A DNA stretch of 64,000 bases from Planctomycetota bacterium (GCA_965223545.1 OZ245006.1:6496001-6560000), one strand, 5' to 3'; counted from the stretch's first letter, positions 49,014 to 59,511 are shown. Program-made: numbers and translations. Notes: generated by a model from the letters alone, not told the origin.

Positions 49014-49373
49014 ATGAACTCAACTCTTGTAGACGCACAACCGGGATACGAGCTCTTCCGCACGGAAGACGTGTACGCCATGGTCGAGCCAACTGGCGAG
49101 GCCGTTGTCGAGCTCGGTGAAGTGCTCATCAGTGAAGAAGTCCTCGCGGAGCTTCCGTTTTGGCGCGTTGCCCCGCTCGTCATCGAGCACGAGCAGCGGA
49201 AGACCGCCAGCATGAGATCCCGTGAGACTAAGGAGCTGCTTGATCTCGCACCGCACGGGTTTCACTTCTCGGTGCACGAGTCGTCTGACCCGTATTGCCG
49301 ACTGTGGATCACGACGGAGCCACCGTCGAGCAGCGAGTTCCGCTCAACAACGGTGGAGCTTGCGAGGCTCTGA
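49014..49373 (+). CDS. Hypothetical protein
   Basis: AAGGAG RBS; followed by a terminator. Confidence 0.6.
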   Translation: MNSTLVDAQPGYELFRTEDVYAMVEPTGEAVVELGEVLISEEVLAELPFWRVAPLVIEHEQRKTASMRSRETKELLDLAPHGFHFSVHESSDPYCRLWITTEPPSSSEFRSTTVELARL

Positions 49374-49389
49374 GTTGAATTCGCAACCC

Positions 49390-49428
49390 GCAGGAGGAGG
49401 ACGCTGTTCTCCTCCTGCACCTTTCTTC
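49390..49428 (+). terminator. Intrinsic terminator-like hairpin
   Basis: GCAGGAGGAG...CTCCTCCTGC followed by a pyrimidine-rich tail. Confidence 0.55.
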
Positions 49429-49493
49429 TCTGGACCAAGGGCGCACACGGCGTCGACCTTGCGTTCCGCACTGAACCCGCGGTAGCGTGGCCC

Positions 49494-50537
49494 ATGGCGA
49501 CTCAGCTTCCCGAGAAACCCGAGGGTTACGATGAGTTCCTCGGCACCCTGAAGGAACGCATCCGCACCGCGCAAGTCGACGCCGCCCAAGCGGTGAACCG
49601 CGGGATGATCATGCTCTACTGGAGCATCGGAAACGACATCCTCGAGCGGCAACGAAGCCAGGGCTGGGGCGCGAAGGTCGTTGACCGCCTAGCCGCTGAC
49701 CTGAGACGAGCGTTCCCCTACACGCGGGGATTCTCCGTTCGTAACCTCAAGTATATGAGGTCTTTAGCGGAGGATTGGCCCGACGCCGAAATTGTGCAGC
49801 AGCTGCTGCACAAATTGCCGTGGTTCCACCTCTGCGCTCTTCACGACCGGGTCAAGGACCCCGCGGCGCGCCTCTGGTATGCCCGGAAGACCCTTGAGAA
49901 CTGTTGGAGCAGAAACGTCCTCTGCATCCACATCGATCGGGAACTCTACGAAGCCCAGGGCGCGGCCACCAGCAACTTCGCCGAGACGCTCCCTGCGCCG
50001 CAGTCTGACCTCGCTCGGCAGCTCATCAAGGACCCCTACAAACTCGACTTCCTTGGCATCGCCGAGGAGGCCGAGGAGCGAGCCATCGAGCGGGGACTCG
50101 TCCGACACATTCGCGATTTCCTGCTGGAACTTGGCCAAGGCTTCGCGTTCGTCGGCAATCAGGTGCCGCTCGAGATCGGTGGAGAAGGGTTCCGCCTCGA
50201 TCTTCTCTTCTACCACCTGAGACTCCGCTGCTTCCTGGTGATCGAGCTCAAGGCCGGGAAGTTCAGGCCGGATTACGTCGGCAAGTTGAACTTCTATCTC
50301 TCAGCTGTGGACGACATCCTTCGCCACCCGGACGACCAGCCGAGCATCGGCATGATCCTCTGCAAGGATCGAAACGACGTGGTGGCCGAATACTCGCTTC
50401 GTGGAACCGGTCAGCCGATGGCCGTCTCGCAGTTCGAGCTCACGAAGTCCCTTCCTGCCGGCCTTGCTGGGAAACTACCGTCCGTCGACGAGATCGCCGC
50501 CGAACTCGCTAGCAACTGCGACAAGACGTCAACCTGA
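49494..50537 (+). CDS. YhcG/DUF1016 PD-(D/E)XK nuclease
   Basis: LYWSIG...WGAKVV, GFSVRNLKYMR, KDPYKLDFL, FLLELGQGFAFVG, DLLFYH...IELK. Confidence 0.93.
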   Translation: MATQLPEKPEGYDEFLGTLKERIRTAQVDAAQAVNRGMIMLYWSIGNDILERQRSQGWGAKVVDRLAADLRRAFPYTRGFSVRNLKYMRSLAEDWPDAEIVQQLLHKLPWFHLCALHDRVKDPAARLWYARKTLENCWSRNVLCIHIDRELYEAQGAATSNFAETLPAPQSDLARQLIKDPYKLDFLGIAEEAEERAIERGLVRHIRDFLLELGQGFAFVGNQVPLEIGGEGFRLDLLFYHLRLRCFLVIELKAGKFRPDYVGKLNFYLSAVDDILRHPDDQPSIGMILCKDRNDVVAEYSLRGTGQPMAVSQFELTKSLPAGLAGKLPSVDEIAAELASNCDKTST

Positions 50538-50683
50538 GTTCCCGTCCGGACTCTCTTTGAAGCGGCGCACTCGGGGTGCGACTACATCTACCAAACAGTC
50601 ACGCTCGTTGCTCTTCCGCCTGGTCTTGGGCGTGGATGGCTCCTCACAGAGTCATGCAACCTAAGGATCGATAGGAGGAAGAC

Positions 50684-50941
50684 ATGTCTGGGAACATCCA
50701 ATTCATGTGGAATGGGAAGTGGAGGCGGCGTCGGGTGCGAACGATGCTCACCCTCACACCAGATGGCAGAGTGAGAAAAGTAAAGGCCGAAGGGGAACTC
50801 ATACTCCTCTCCGGCCCGGAAAAGCCACTCATGAGCGTGGCGGCAAGCGAACGGCCAAGCCACGAGCTCCATTGGGGATTCGTTGCGTTCCTCGCGGGAG
50901 TCGTAACTGTTCGCGCCATTGACCTACTTTCGCACATGTAG
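50684..50941 (+). CDS. Small hypothetical protein with C-terminal TM helix
   Basis: AGGAGG RBS; hydrophobic tail. Confidence 0.5.
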   Translation: MSGNIQFMWNGKWRRRRVRTMLTLTPDGRVRKVKAEGELILLSGPEKPLMSVAASERPSHELHWGFVAFLAGVVTVRAIDLLSHM

Positions 50942-51148
50942 GTCTTCGCGGTGCTCGGTACTAACCGAGCACCGCCCTTCCTATCACGATCTCCGGATCC
51001 AAGTCAAGCTGGGCGGTCATGGTCCTCTTTCTTCGCGTTCGAGGACTGCACATAGCAACGCGGAACGGCAGGCGGCACCCATCGTGGTGTCGTCTGTCGT
51101 GTACCGCGGACTTGAAGCGTCATCGGCTTCCGTCTCCTACAAAGGAGC

Positions 51149-52051
51149 ATGCAGTTCTTCGCTAGGAATGGGCGCGTCATCAACATCGATGAGAACGACC
51201 GCCTTGGTCGGGGCCTCGAGGGTGCGGTCTATCCGGCTAGCTCCTGGAGCGCCGCCAAGATCCTCCGGCCAGAGACCCTGCAGAAGCACGGGGGCTTTCA
51301 CGAGCAGAAGATCGTTGCCCTTGCGGAGCTCGGTCGTCATGCGCGTACGGAGCCGCTTCAACGGATCATCTGGCCGCTTCATCCTCTCTACACCAAGCAG
51401 GGCGATTTCGCGGGTTTCGAGATGGTCCGCATTTCTGATGCAATCACGCTCCTTGATGCCGCCTCGGATGAGGATTGGCCCTTTTGCGAGCGGCAGGATG
51501 CAGCGTGGCAACTCGCGCGGATCTATCGCGATGCGCACGCGGTAGGCATCCTTGTCGGTGACGGCAAGCTCGAGAACGCGCTCTACAAGGAGTCGACGAG
51601 GCACGTCTGTATCGTCGACAGCAACTCACTGCATCTGCCCGCGTTCCCTGGCACCGCGATCACGATTGACTACGTGAGGCCCGAGGAGGCAAGACGGGCA
51701 GAGGCGCAAAAGACGAGCAAGGACGAGCCCGCTCGGTATCGCGTGTCTCGCGCGGCCGACAACCACGCTCTTGCAGTGCAGCTCTTTCAGTTGTTGCTCC
51801 TGAACGTCCACCCGTTTAGCGCTGGAGACTCAATCGAGGAATGCGTGAAGCATGGGTATTGCGCGTTCCCCTATGAGGAACACGGGAACCGGAAGCGTGT
51901 GCGTTCCGGACCGTACCTTCGACAGTGGCGACGCCTCCCGCGGCATCTGCAGGCCATGTTTAGCGCGGCGTTTCACCGCGACAGAGCGCCGGAGCCTGCT
52001 GAATGGGAGATCGCCCTTTCCTCTGGCATTAGAAAAAGGAAGGCAAGCTAG
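51149..52051 (+). CDS. YegI-like Ser/Thr kinase (TerY-P triad)
   Basis: LGRGLEGAVY, AAKI, IIWP...FAGFEM, VGD...N, VDSNS, DNHALAVQLFQLLL..HPF. Confidence 0.8.
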   Translation: MQFFARNGRVINIDENDRLGRGLEGAVYPASSWSAAKILRPETLQKHGGFHEQKIVALAELGRHARTEPLQRIIWPLHPLYTKQGDFAGFEMVRISDAITLLDAASDEDWPFCERQDAAWQLARIYRDAHAVGILVGDGKLENALYKESTRHVCIVDSNSLHLPAFPGTAITIDYVRPEEARRAEAQKTSKDEPARYRVSRAADNHALAVQLFQLLLLNVHPFSAGDSIEECVKHGYCAFPYEEHGNRKRVRSGPYLRQWRRLPRHLQAMFSAAFHRDRAPEPAEWEIALSSGIRKRKAS

Positions 52052-52749
52052 TGGTAAGAAAGAGAAAGCGCGTCCTCGGGACGTATACCGCGACCGTGTT
52101 CGTTGAGGACATCAGCACCAGCATGCAGGCCCCTGGCCGCATCGATGCCATCAACGCCATGAAGCCGAAGATGCTGCAGGCGTTGAGCAATCTGTCCGTA
52201 GGTGTTCGATACGCCGAGGTGAACTTCGGCTCGGACGCCTGCGTAGTGCAGGACTTCGACGATGTTCCAAACGTCACTCCGCAGCAGTACGCCGCCGACG
52301 GTGGCAACACCAATCTATCTGCCGGAGTGGCAGTGGCACTCGATCTTCTTGAAGGCCAGAAGGAGTACTTCAAGAAGAACCAGATTCCTCACAGGCAACC
52401 GGTGCTCATCGTCGCGAGCGACGGCGAGGCTAACCGAGAGACCGTTCCGGGTTACGACGCGCGTGTCCGCGAGCTCGTGGAGCGCAACAAGTTGACCGTG
52501 ATCCCGATCGCCGTTGGCGAACTCGGCGCATACCCCGTGCTCGAGTGGATTAGCCCCAAGTGCACGCCGGTGATGGTGAACACGAACAACGCCGCGAGCG
52601 TCGATTGGGACGACCTGCTGCAGCTGTTGTCTCAGTCGATTGACACGGGCAGCACGGAGGCGATCCAGGCACTTGCTGCCTCCCAAGCGCGGCAAGTCGG
52701 CCTGGACGGCGCGGATGAGGAACTGGTGGAGGAGGAAGTGGCACCGTGA
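52051..52749 (+). CDS. TerY/YegL-like vWA protein
   Basis: DISTSM MIDAS motif, GGNT, RQPVLIVASDG. Confidence 0.85.
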   Translation: MVRKRKRVLGTYTATVFVEDISTSMQAPGRIDAINAMKPKMLQALSNLSVGVRYAEVNFGSDACVVQDFDDVPNVTPQQYAADGGNTNLSAGVAVALDLLEGQKEYFKKNQIPHRQPVLIVASDGEANRETVPGYDARVRELVERNKLTVIPIAVGELGAYPVLEWISPKCTPVMVNTNNAASVDWDDLLQLLSQSIDTGSTEAIQALAASQARQVGLDGADEELVEEEVAP

Positions 52750-53810
52750 GCAGCGCTTGTTGGTGGCTGGCTAGCGTAAGCCTTCGAGGGCGTGGCCATG
52801 TGGCTGCCAACAAGCCCTGCCAGGACGCTCACTTCGTTTGGGCAGACGGCAACATGGTTGTGCTTGTCGTTTGCGACGGGGCGGGTGGCGCGGAGCTGGA
52901 GGGGCAGTTCTCTCACGTCGGCTCCTCGACGGCGGCTCGCGTCATCGGGCGGTTGCTCGCCTGCCACGTTGAGGAGTTCCTCGCGGGGGCGCTGCGTCCG
53001 GAGGCCATTCTGGACGCAGCGCGATTCTCGCTAGGCGAGGTTGCCGAGGAGAAGGGGATTCCTCTGAAGGCGCTCGCAACAACGCTGGTTGCGCTTGTTG
53101 CAGATGAAGGGCGGGTGGGGACCCTTCACATCGGAGATGGGGCCGCCTACATGCTGGACAGGGAAATAGGGATCTGCCTGTCGCCGCCCGACAGGGAGCC
53201 CACCGGCACGACGATTTTCGTGACTAGCGACGCACCACGAGTTCGGTGCTACTCGCGGGAAGTACCGCCGCACGTCACCGGTTTCGCTGTGACGAGCGAC
53301 GGCGCGGAGGGCCTCTACCATGCTGAGAGCACGGAGGTCCATCCTCTTGTCGCGGAACTCATCCAGCAGCCAGACTTTGGGCCTGGGACCGACCGTCTCG
53401 AAGGGTTGATGCGCGAGTGTCTGGTTCCGGCCTCCGGCGATGACATCACTGTCGTCGTCGCCAGGAAGCCGTTCATCTCTGGGGTCTATGGCTGCCCAGC
53501 GTGTGGGGGGCACAATGTCGGTGCGGTGATTACGCGGTGCCGTGGAGAGTTCCTCGTGCGTTGCCGATCGCGGTCATGCAAAGAGAGCGCTCTGAGGGTC
53601 CGCATGGATGAGTACCCTGACGCGCCGGCGCTGTTCAGGAGGAACCTGCTACGCGCCGGAATGACGGCAACGATGGTTGCGCAGAGGATTCGTTCGCGCG
53701 TCAAGTCTAAGGTTCAGCGGCGGCAGCCTCACATTGCCCCCGCCGCGCCCTCGTCGTCTTGTGGTTGGGGGTTCCGGCGGCGCTTGGCCGGGCCGAGTCG
53801 ACGTTGCTGA
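52746..53810 (+). CDS. YegK-like PP2C phosphatase with C-terminal Cys-rich (zinc-ribbon-like) extension
   Basis: SLRGRGH...PCQDA, VCDGAG, ATTL, HIGDG, TSDG, DDIT; then CPAC...C..C...C. Confidence 0.85.
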   Translation: MSSACWWLASVSLRGRGHVAANKPCQDAHFVWADGNMVVLVVCDGAGGAELEGQFSHVGSSTAARVIGRLLACHVEEFLAGALRPEAILDAARFSLGEVAEEKGIPLKALATTLVALVADEGRVGTLHIGDGAAYMLDREIGICLSPPDREPTGTTIFVTSDAPRVRCYSREVPPHVTGFAVTSDGAEGLYHAESTEVHPLVAELIQQPDFGPGTDRLEGLMRECLVPASGDDITVVVARKPFISGVYGCPACGGHNVGAVITRCRGEFLVRCRSRSCKESALRVRMDEYPDAPALFRRNLLRAGMTATMVAQRIRSRVKSKVQRRQPHIAPAAPSSSCGWGFRRRLAGPSRRC

Positions 53811-54526
53811 ACATCCTCTAGCAGTTCCCTGAGTTCCTGAGAGAGCAGCTTGGCTCTTTCGAGTCTGGGATCTCGATGCTTCGAGTCCGGATGCAGCAAG
53901 TTCCACCCAAGTTGCACTAGGCAGCGGTAGACCTCGAAACCCATCCGAGTCATCTCTGTGAAGAGCCTGCCGTTCGGATTCACGCCCGCACTTCCATCGC
54001 CGTGCATTCGGTCGTCGAGCACGAATAGGGCCGTATCTCGTTCTGATGTTGCGATGTAACACATCGTGGCGTGCCAAGTAGCGCGAAAGACCTGTTTCGC
54101 CCATTTGTCAGCCCTATCGGTGCGGTGGGCGTACATCGGGTTTCTGTCGCTGATGACGACATACCACGCGAAGAGCTCGTCATCAGAACATGTGCTCAAG
54201 AAGGTCATCCAGAGCGCTAGCCACCCGGCCTCGGGATCGGTAGCTCGTGCGCGATACTCCTTCGTCCACCATGCGTGGACCGTACCGTGGCTCGGCGTGT
54301 CGCTTTCGTCTGGGCGTTTGTCGAAGTCGTTCACGGATTCCCGGCTACGGAGCCATCGCACAATCTTCTCAACACACTGTCGGGACGAGTATTCGCACCG
54401 TGCAGGGCGGTCTGGAGGTGCTACGCCTCTTTTCACGATTCTCTCCCAGCGCTCGTCGTCGAGCACTGGAGCGTTCGCCGCGATCGCGTCAAATACGTTG
54501 TTGTCCAACACGTTTCTGTCAGCCAT
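53729..54526 (-). CDS. Hypothetical protein directly downstream of the peptidase-sigma fusion
   Basis: GGAGGAG RBS before ATG 54526, 10 bp after the upstream stop. Confidence 0.6.
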   Translation of the reverse strand: MADRNVLDNNVFDAIAANAPVLDDERWERIVKRGVAPPDRPARCEYSSRQCVEKIVRWLRSRESVNDFDKRPDESDTPSHGTVHAWWTKEYRARATDPEAGWLALWMTFLSTCSDDELFAWYVVISDRNPMYAHRTDRADKWAKQVFRATWHATMCYIATSERDTALFVLDDRMHGDGSAGVNPNGRLFTEMTRMGFEVYRCLVQLGWNLLHPDSKHRDPRLERAKLLSQELRELLEDVQQRRLGPAKRRRNPQPQDDEGAAGAM

Positions 54527-54536
54527 GTTCTCCTCC

Positions 54537-56144
54537 CTATTCCTTGTACGATCCGAACTTTCCTCGCGCGTTGGATAGGTGAGCGCCCACCGTCCCGATG
54601 CTAACGCCCAACGTAGCGGCGATTTCTGGATAGGAGAGCTGCTCGGAGCGAAGTTCAACGACCTTCCTCTCAGAGTTTGTTAGTAGACGCCAGAGGTGCT
54701 CTTGCTCATCTTGGATCTCCAACTTCTCCGCGGGCGCAGGATGCGGACAAACGACTTCCTCCGGGTGATCCAGCGCTTGTGGCGCACGTGTCTCTGATCG
54801 AAAGTAATCGACCTTCGCACTTCGAATGACCCTCGAAAGATACGGGCGCAACGCACGTGCGTCGGAGATGTGGCTGATGTGCTTCACCATCCTTCTTCCC
54901 ACTTCGGCTGCGACATCTGGTGCCGCGGTTTGGTCAAGATCGCGTCGGAGCTGACGGGTCACATTCCGGTGCAGCGACTTCCATGCGCCCGCGTCTCCGG
55001 CCTGTAGCAGGTCGAGCATGCTCGCCGACTCCAGACGCTCTCGACTTGCTAGGAGTCTCGTTCGGCCGACTTGAAGGCCGCCGAGAGCGGATTCGAGGAT
55101 CTGACCTGCTTGTGTTAGCACCCAGCGTCGCCACTCAGTTGAGCTCGGCACGTAGGCTTCTCGCACGCGCGCGCGGATGGCGCACCCAACATCCGAGCGT
55201 GGGTCGAGTGGGCTTCGCGCGAGGTAAGAACGCGCCATCGCAGCGCGCAGGCATTCCCATCGATCGACGGTCCCGAACTCTACGCTGAGTGCACAAGTCC
55301 AGTCGGATGCTGGGGACAGGCTCCGCGCAGCATCCATGGTGCTGCCCTGTACTTCGTAGGCGATCGACTCTTCCGCCAGGATCGATTCCACTTCCGGGAA
55401 GATCGCGCGAGCTACGCTGAGCTCTTCCGATCCCTCCGGCTCCGAAGCAAGTACCGTTGCTTTCGCCCATGGGCCAAGTCCTGAGTGAAGGTCGACGAAG
55501 AGAACGCGCTCTGCGTGCTGGGGTATCGCAGATAGCGCTTCGACGAACGTGCGCGCCGACCAGGTTACGCCAGTTCCGCCGTAGTACGAGCCGTCATCGA
55601 AGTCGAACTGAACCGGGCCGAGTGCGCTGAATAGCTCTTTCTCCCCATGTGCGTCGACGAACCTCTCGAGTGACGCGATCCGGCGACCCCAGTCCGACCC
55701 CCTATAGTCCTGAGCTAGGAGCATCGGGTGGACCCTGGCGTATGCGTCGTTCGTTGGCTTCGGTCTGCTGTGGTCAACGAAGGCGCGGTTGAGGTCGACC
55801 CAGTTCTCGTCTTGCCGCTGGTCGTAGCTGGCGCCGTATGGGTTCACGCCGTGGATGAACAGGACTGCGACGTCATCCGGAAGACCGGCCTTCGCGATGC
55901 GTTCCAAGAGTTGCAGCTGAATCGCGGATCCGACGAGTAGCTCGCACCCGTGCGTCCCCGAAGAGCACACAAGCCAAGATGTTGCTTTGCGCTTCCCAGC
56001 GAGAGCTACGTCAACGGCGAGCTGCTCGCCGTTCAGTCCGGGCGAAGGGTGAATCCAGTGGGCGGTGTCGAGCCCTTGCTGCGCTGCTGCGTCGAGTAGC
56101 CGGCTTCGGGCCACGGACGGCTGCGCCGAGAAGAAACGTTCCAT
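54537..56144 (-). CDS. M14-like metallopeptidase (DUF2817-type) fused to a C-terminal ECF sigma factor
   Basis: SSGTHGCE, HGVNPYG, VDLNR, DLHSGLG, VEFGT; then sigma region 2 (YLSRVIRSAKVDYFR) and region 4 (SYPEIAATLGVSIGTVGAHLSNAR). Confidence 0.82.
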   Translation of the reverse strand: MERFFSAQPSVARSRLLDAAAQQGLDTAHWIHPSPGLNGEQLAVDVALAGKRKATSWLVCSSGTHGCELLVGSAIQLQLLERIAKAGLPDDVAVLFIHGVNPYGASYDQRQDENWVDLNRAFVDHSRPKPTNDAYARVHPMLLAQDYRGSDWGRRIASLERFVDAHGEKELFSALGPVQFDFDDGSYYGGTGVTWSARTFVEALSAIPQHAERVLFVDLHSGLGPWAKATVLASEPEGSEELSVARAIFPEVESILAEESIAYEVQGSTMDAARSLSPASDWTCALSVEFGTVDRWECLRAAMARSYLARSPLDPRSDVGCAIRARVREAYVPSSTEWRRWVLTQAGQILESALGGLQVGRTRLLASRERLESASMLDLLQAGDAGAWKSLHRNVTRQLRRDLDQTAAPDVAAEVGRRMVKHISHISDARALRPYLSRVIRSAKVDYFRSETRAPQALDHPEEVVCPHPAPAEKLEIQDEQEHLWRLLTNSERKVVELRSEQLSYPEIAATLGVSIGTVGAHLSNARGKFGSYKE

Positions 56145-56988
56145 CGAGTAGGTCCCTCCCGAGGGGAGAAACCCGCGTGAAGCGCCACTTGGCAAGTGAG
56201 GGTTGCTGGCTTTCGCCGAGTCGCTACGCTCACAGGTGTTCGGATGCGCTTCGGCGCTCCACGCGGGCGAGCCAGAGCAGGCGCTTTGGTTCGCCCGTCG
56301 CTTTTCCCCCGGGAGGGGAAAGCAAGCAAGCGGCTTTGAGTCGCATGTTCATAGCCCGTGTTGTGGTTGGTGTCGACCGCACGTGCGGTCGGCGTGTTGT
56401 AGCAGGGTCAAGGTAGCTACTTCACGAACGGTTCCGCAAGCCCCCTGGACGCAGCAAGTTGGTCCTCACACTGGGGTAGAGCGAAACCTCCGAATCGCTC
56501 CACGCGAACCGTCGATCGTGGCACGCCGTCGTGGAGCGAACGACATGCTTCGCTCCACGTCGCTTGACTAGCAAACCCGAGATGTGAGAGCGTTGCGCCG
56601 AGAGTCAGGCGACGGTTCTAAGGGGAGGTTCAACGCGGTGGGCGAGCGTTGTTGGTTCGTGTGTTGTAGCAGATTCATGGTCCGCTCCTCGTCCGCGCAA
56701 AGTGCGCACGTCGTCGACGCTGCGCCGGAGCTTTCCCACGGTTCTGTGGTCTGACTCTCACTCCCATTTGCGTCTCGCGGCATCACGTGGGATGAAACGC
56801 GTGGGATGTTCCACGTCGCACCGCAACCTGTTGTGCTGTGTGGAATGAAACGCAGCCGAGCCTCCACGCCACTAGTTGCAGCTCGGTGTCAGACCATGAA
56901 CTCGATGTCGCCCTAAAGAAGACTGCCTCATGCTCGTCCTTCCTCTTTGCCTGCAGCTGTCTCGAGAAAAAGACACGGAGCAAGAAAC

Positions 56989-57585
56989 ATGGCCAAGAGT
57001 CGACGCCCCGACAACGAGATGACGCGGAAGCTTCTCCCCCTACTCGACCTCGCGAAAAGACCGTCAAGGTCTCTCACACCGCATCAGCTCGCCGAGCTTC
57101 GTGGCATATTCTGCGCCTTCTTCAGGCGTAGTGCGAGCGGTTGCGACGCCACTGCTTCCGACTTCTTTCAGGACCTCCTGCTCAACGTGCTGAAGTACGG
57201 TACGCGCTACGACCCGGCGCGTGAGCGTTTTCCCGGCGCGTGGGTGTGGTCGATTGCCCGGAACCTGGTCGCGAAGCATCTTCAGAGACAGGGTCGCACC
57301 TCGCGCGGCTATGAGTCGGATGAACTCGCGATCCAACTGGCCGCGTGCGATGCGCGAGGTCCTGCGGAGCTGGCTGAAACTCACGAACTCCAGGTCTTCC
57401 TGTCACGTCGCAGTCAGTTCAATGCGAACGAGCGGGCTCTTTTGGAGAGGCGTCTAGACGAGGCGGACATCGAGGACATCGCTCACACCGAGGGGCTGCA
57501 GCACGACGGGGTTCGCACTCGCATCAACCGGGGGCGACATTCCCTTCGCGAGCGCCTTCGAGAAGCTGGCTTCCGCCCCGACTAA
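56989..57585 (+). CDS. ECF sigma factor
   Basis: DFFQDLLL...YDPAR..F.AWVWSIARN; DIAHTEG...VRTRINRGRHSLR. Confidence 0.78.
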   Translation: MAKSRRPDNEMTRKLLPLLDLAKRPSRSLTPHQLAELRGIFCAFFRRSASGCDATASDFFQDLLLNVLKYGTRYDPARERFPGAWVWSIARNLVAKHLQRQGRTSRGYESDELAIQLAACDARGPAELAETHELQVFLSRRSQFNANERALLERRLDEADIEDIAHTEGLQHDGVRTRINRGRHSLRERLREAGFRPD

Positions 57586-57653
57586 TCAGAGGGTCCGATC
57601 TGTCGAGGACTTCGACCGAGGTCTCAGAAGGGCGCCAACGATGGCCCGAGTAG

Positions 57654-58739
57654 CTATGTCGACGCTAACGTGACCACCCGCGCACGCATTGCCTCGCGGA
57701 GCGGCGCGGAAACCGAGATGCCACCATGCTCGAGATTGTTGGTGAGGAGGGGGCCGAGAATCAGGTTCGCGATTTCACGCCCCTCAACAGACCATGGCCG
57801 TCCTGCGAGGGTGGTGCGAGCAAGTTGAGCGAGTGACGTGGCAAGCACATCTGCGAGTTGGATGCACCGACTCGAATGAGACGTTGCCGTGGCGAAATCG
57901 TGGAGGTGTGCGAAACCGATACTTGGGAAGTCAGGGACGGGGGTCAGCTTCTTACCGTGCTCACCGATCTTCGTCATGTGCCCGACCCATTGCCTCAACA
58001 CTTCGCCGTACTGATTCGTCTCATCATGGAACACGCTGATGAGACCGTAGCCTTGCGCCTCTGCAAACGCATCTGCCGCTTCGAGCATCCGCATCGTCCC
58101 GGGAAGGTGAGGGGAGGTGACTTGGGAGTGTTTGTGACCGCCGCGGTCGCTGAAGTCGTAGTCGATGACCTCCTGTAGGTTCTTCAGGCACCCCTCGATC
58201 ATATGTGCGATTCCCGATTCGCCCAGCGTGCGAACGCCGGCAGCGACTGCTGTGATCCCTGACCTGAGGCTTGCCTCCGTGGGGGCGGCGATTGCTCTCG
58301 CGTAGGCAACAGCCGACCGTTCTGGAATGTTGTAGAGGAACTCGATGAGTTCCAGGTAGCCGGGGTTGCCGATCGATGGCGCGCCTTCGGCCCGGGGGTT
58401 TGTATGTCGATCGAGCAAGGCGTGGACGATCCGCTCGGCTAGTTGGTAGCGCTTCTCGACGAGGTAGAAGAATGGGATGGCTCCCGCCTCCTTGACTGCC
58501 GTGACCAGGTCGCGGGCGAGTGGCCACCCGGTGCGCCTGCGTAGCATCCGGCTTGCGTGGAGCTCCGCCGCATTGCTGCGTGACGCCAGCCCGTCGATCG
58601 TCGCGACGACGGCGTCTTCCGAGTCAAGCGGAACGAGCCAGCTCGCAAAGACCATCACGGGCTGGGCACGATCGTTGTAGTTGGCCCCGGTGTTTCCGGC
58701 TTCGTCGCAATAGAGGCGATGGGTGTCCTGGACGATCAC
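57654..58739 (-). CDS. DUF3800-family (RNase H-like) protein
   Basis: LYCDEAGNTG, ELHAS and IQLADVLA motifs. Confidence 0.8.
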   Translation of the reverse strand: MIVQDTHRLYCDEAGNTGANYNDRAQPVMVFASWLVPLDSEDAVVATIDGLASRSNAAELHASRMLRRRTGWPLARDLVTAVKEAGAIPFFYLVEKRYQLAERIVHALLDRHTNPRAEGAPSIGNPGYLELIEFLYNIPERSAVAYARAIAAPTEASLRSGITAVAAGVRTLGESGIAHMIEGCLKNLQEVIDYDFSDRGGHKHSQVTSPHLPGTMRMLEAADAFAEAQGYGLISVFHDETNQYGEVLRQWVGHMTKIGEHGKKLTPVPDFPSIGFAHLHDFATATSHSSRCIQLADVLATSLAQLARTTLAGRPWSVEGREIANLILGPLLTNNLEHGGISVSAPLREAMRARVVTLAST

Positions 58740-58873
58740 ATCGAAGTCATCGTTGCGCCCGGATGGGAGCTTGAGGCGGTTTGGGTCGGGGCCCGCGATC
58801 CCGCGCCGATTCGCAGGTCTGCGGGACGAGGCAGTGGCCCATGGCAAGCAGATGTGCGCCGGTTCAGAACCTT

Positions 58874-58938
58874 GTTCTGGGTGTCCCCTTCAGTGTTGAC
58901 AGCGAATGGTAAGAGAAGTTGTTGACGAAGGGGTTGGA
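58874..58938 (+). repeat. Direct repeat, copy 1, with dif-like core and TTGACA
   Basis: GTTCTGgGTGTCCCCTT..GTTGACAGcGAAtGGTAAgAGAAGTT..AAGGGGTT; matches 62315-62388. Confidence 0.7.
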
Positions 58939-59052
58939 CGCCTAAGCCCCTGTGACGTGGGGCTTTGTGGCTCGGCCGCGCAATTGCTTGTCGGCACCTG
59001 AAACCCTTCAGTCGGGTGTAGAGTTCATGGTGACCGTGCTACGCTCGTTTCG

Positions 59053-59511
59053 ATGGCCGAGACCTACACAATCGGGCGCCTGGCGAAGGTCGCCGAAGTT
59101 CCCATCTCAACCGTTCGCTACTACGAACAGCGCGGACTCTTGAAGCCGGAACGGCGAACTGAGTCCAACTACCGCGTCTACGGCCCGGCCAGTTTGAAGC
59201 GCTTGCGGTTTATCCGCATCGCGCAGCAAAGCGGCTTCACTCTCGAAGACATCGTGCTCCTTCTCCAGCTTCGCGACCGTGGAAGTGCCACCAGCTGCAA
59301 GCAGGTGGAAAACCTCGTCGACAAGCGACTCGACAACATCACGGCCCAGCTTCGGGAACTTCGACGCGTGCAAAAGGTCCTCCAGTCGACGCTCGAGTGG
59401 TGCAGGAACCCTCGCGTGAAAGGTCGCTGCCGAGTGCTGGACGACTTGGACGGGCAGGCCGCAAGTTCAGGGAAACGCAAATCACCGAGACGTGCCGGAA
59501 AGGCCTCTTGA
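59053..59511 (+). CDS. merR: MerR-family heavy-metal-responsive regulator
   Basis: TIGRLAK...TVRYYEQRGLL HTH. Cys at 82, 117 and 126, the same spacing as the Hg-binding triad of MerR (also shared by CadR/PbrR). Confidence 0.9.
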   Translation: MAETYTIGRLAKVAEVPISTVRYYEQRGLLKPERRTESNYRVYGPASLKRLRFIRIAQQSGFTLEDIVLLLQLRDRGSATSCKQVENLVDKRLDNITAQLRELRRVQKVLQSTLEWCRNPRVKGRCRVLDDLDGQAASSGKRKSPRRAGKAS

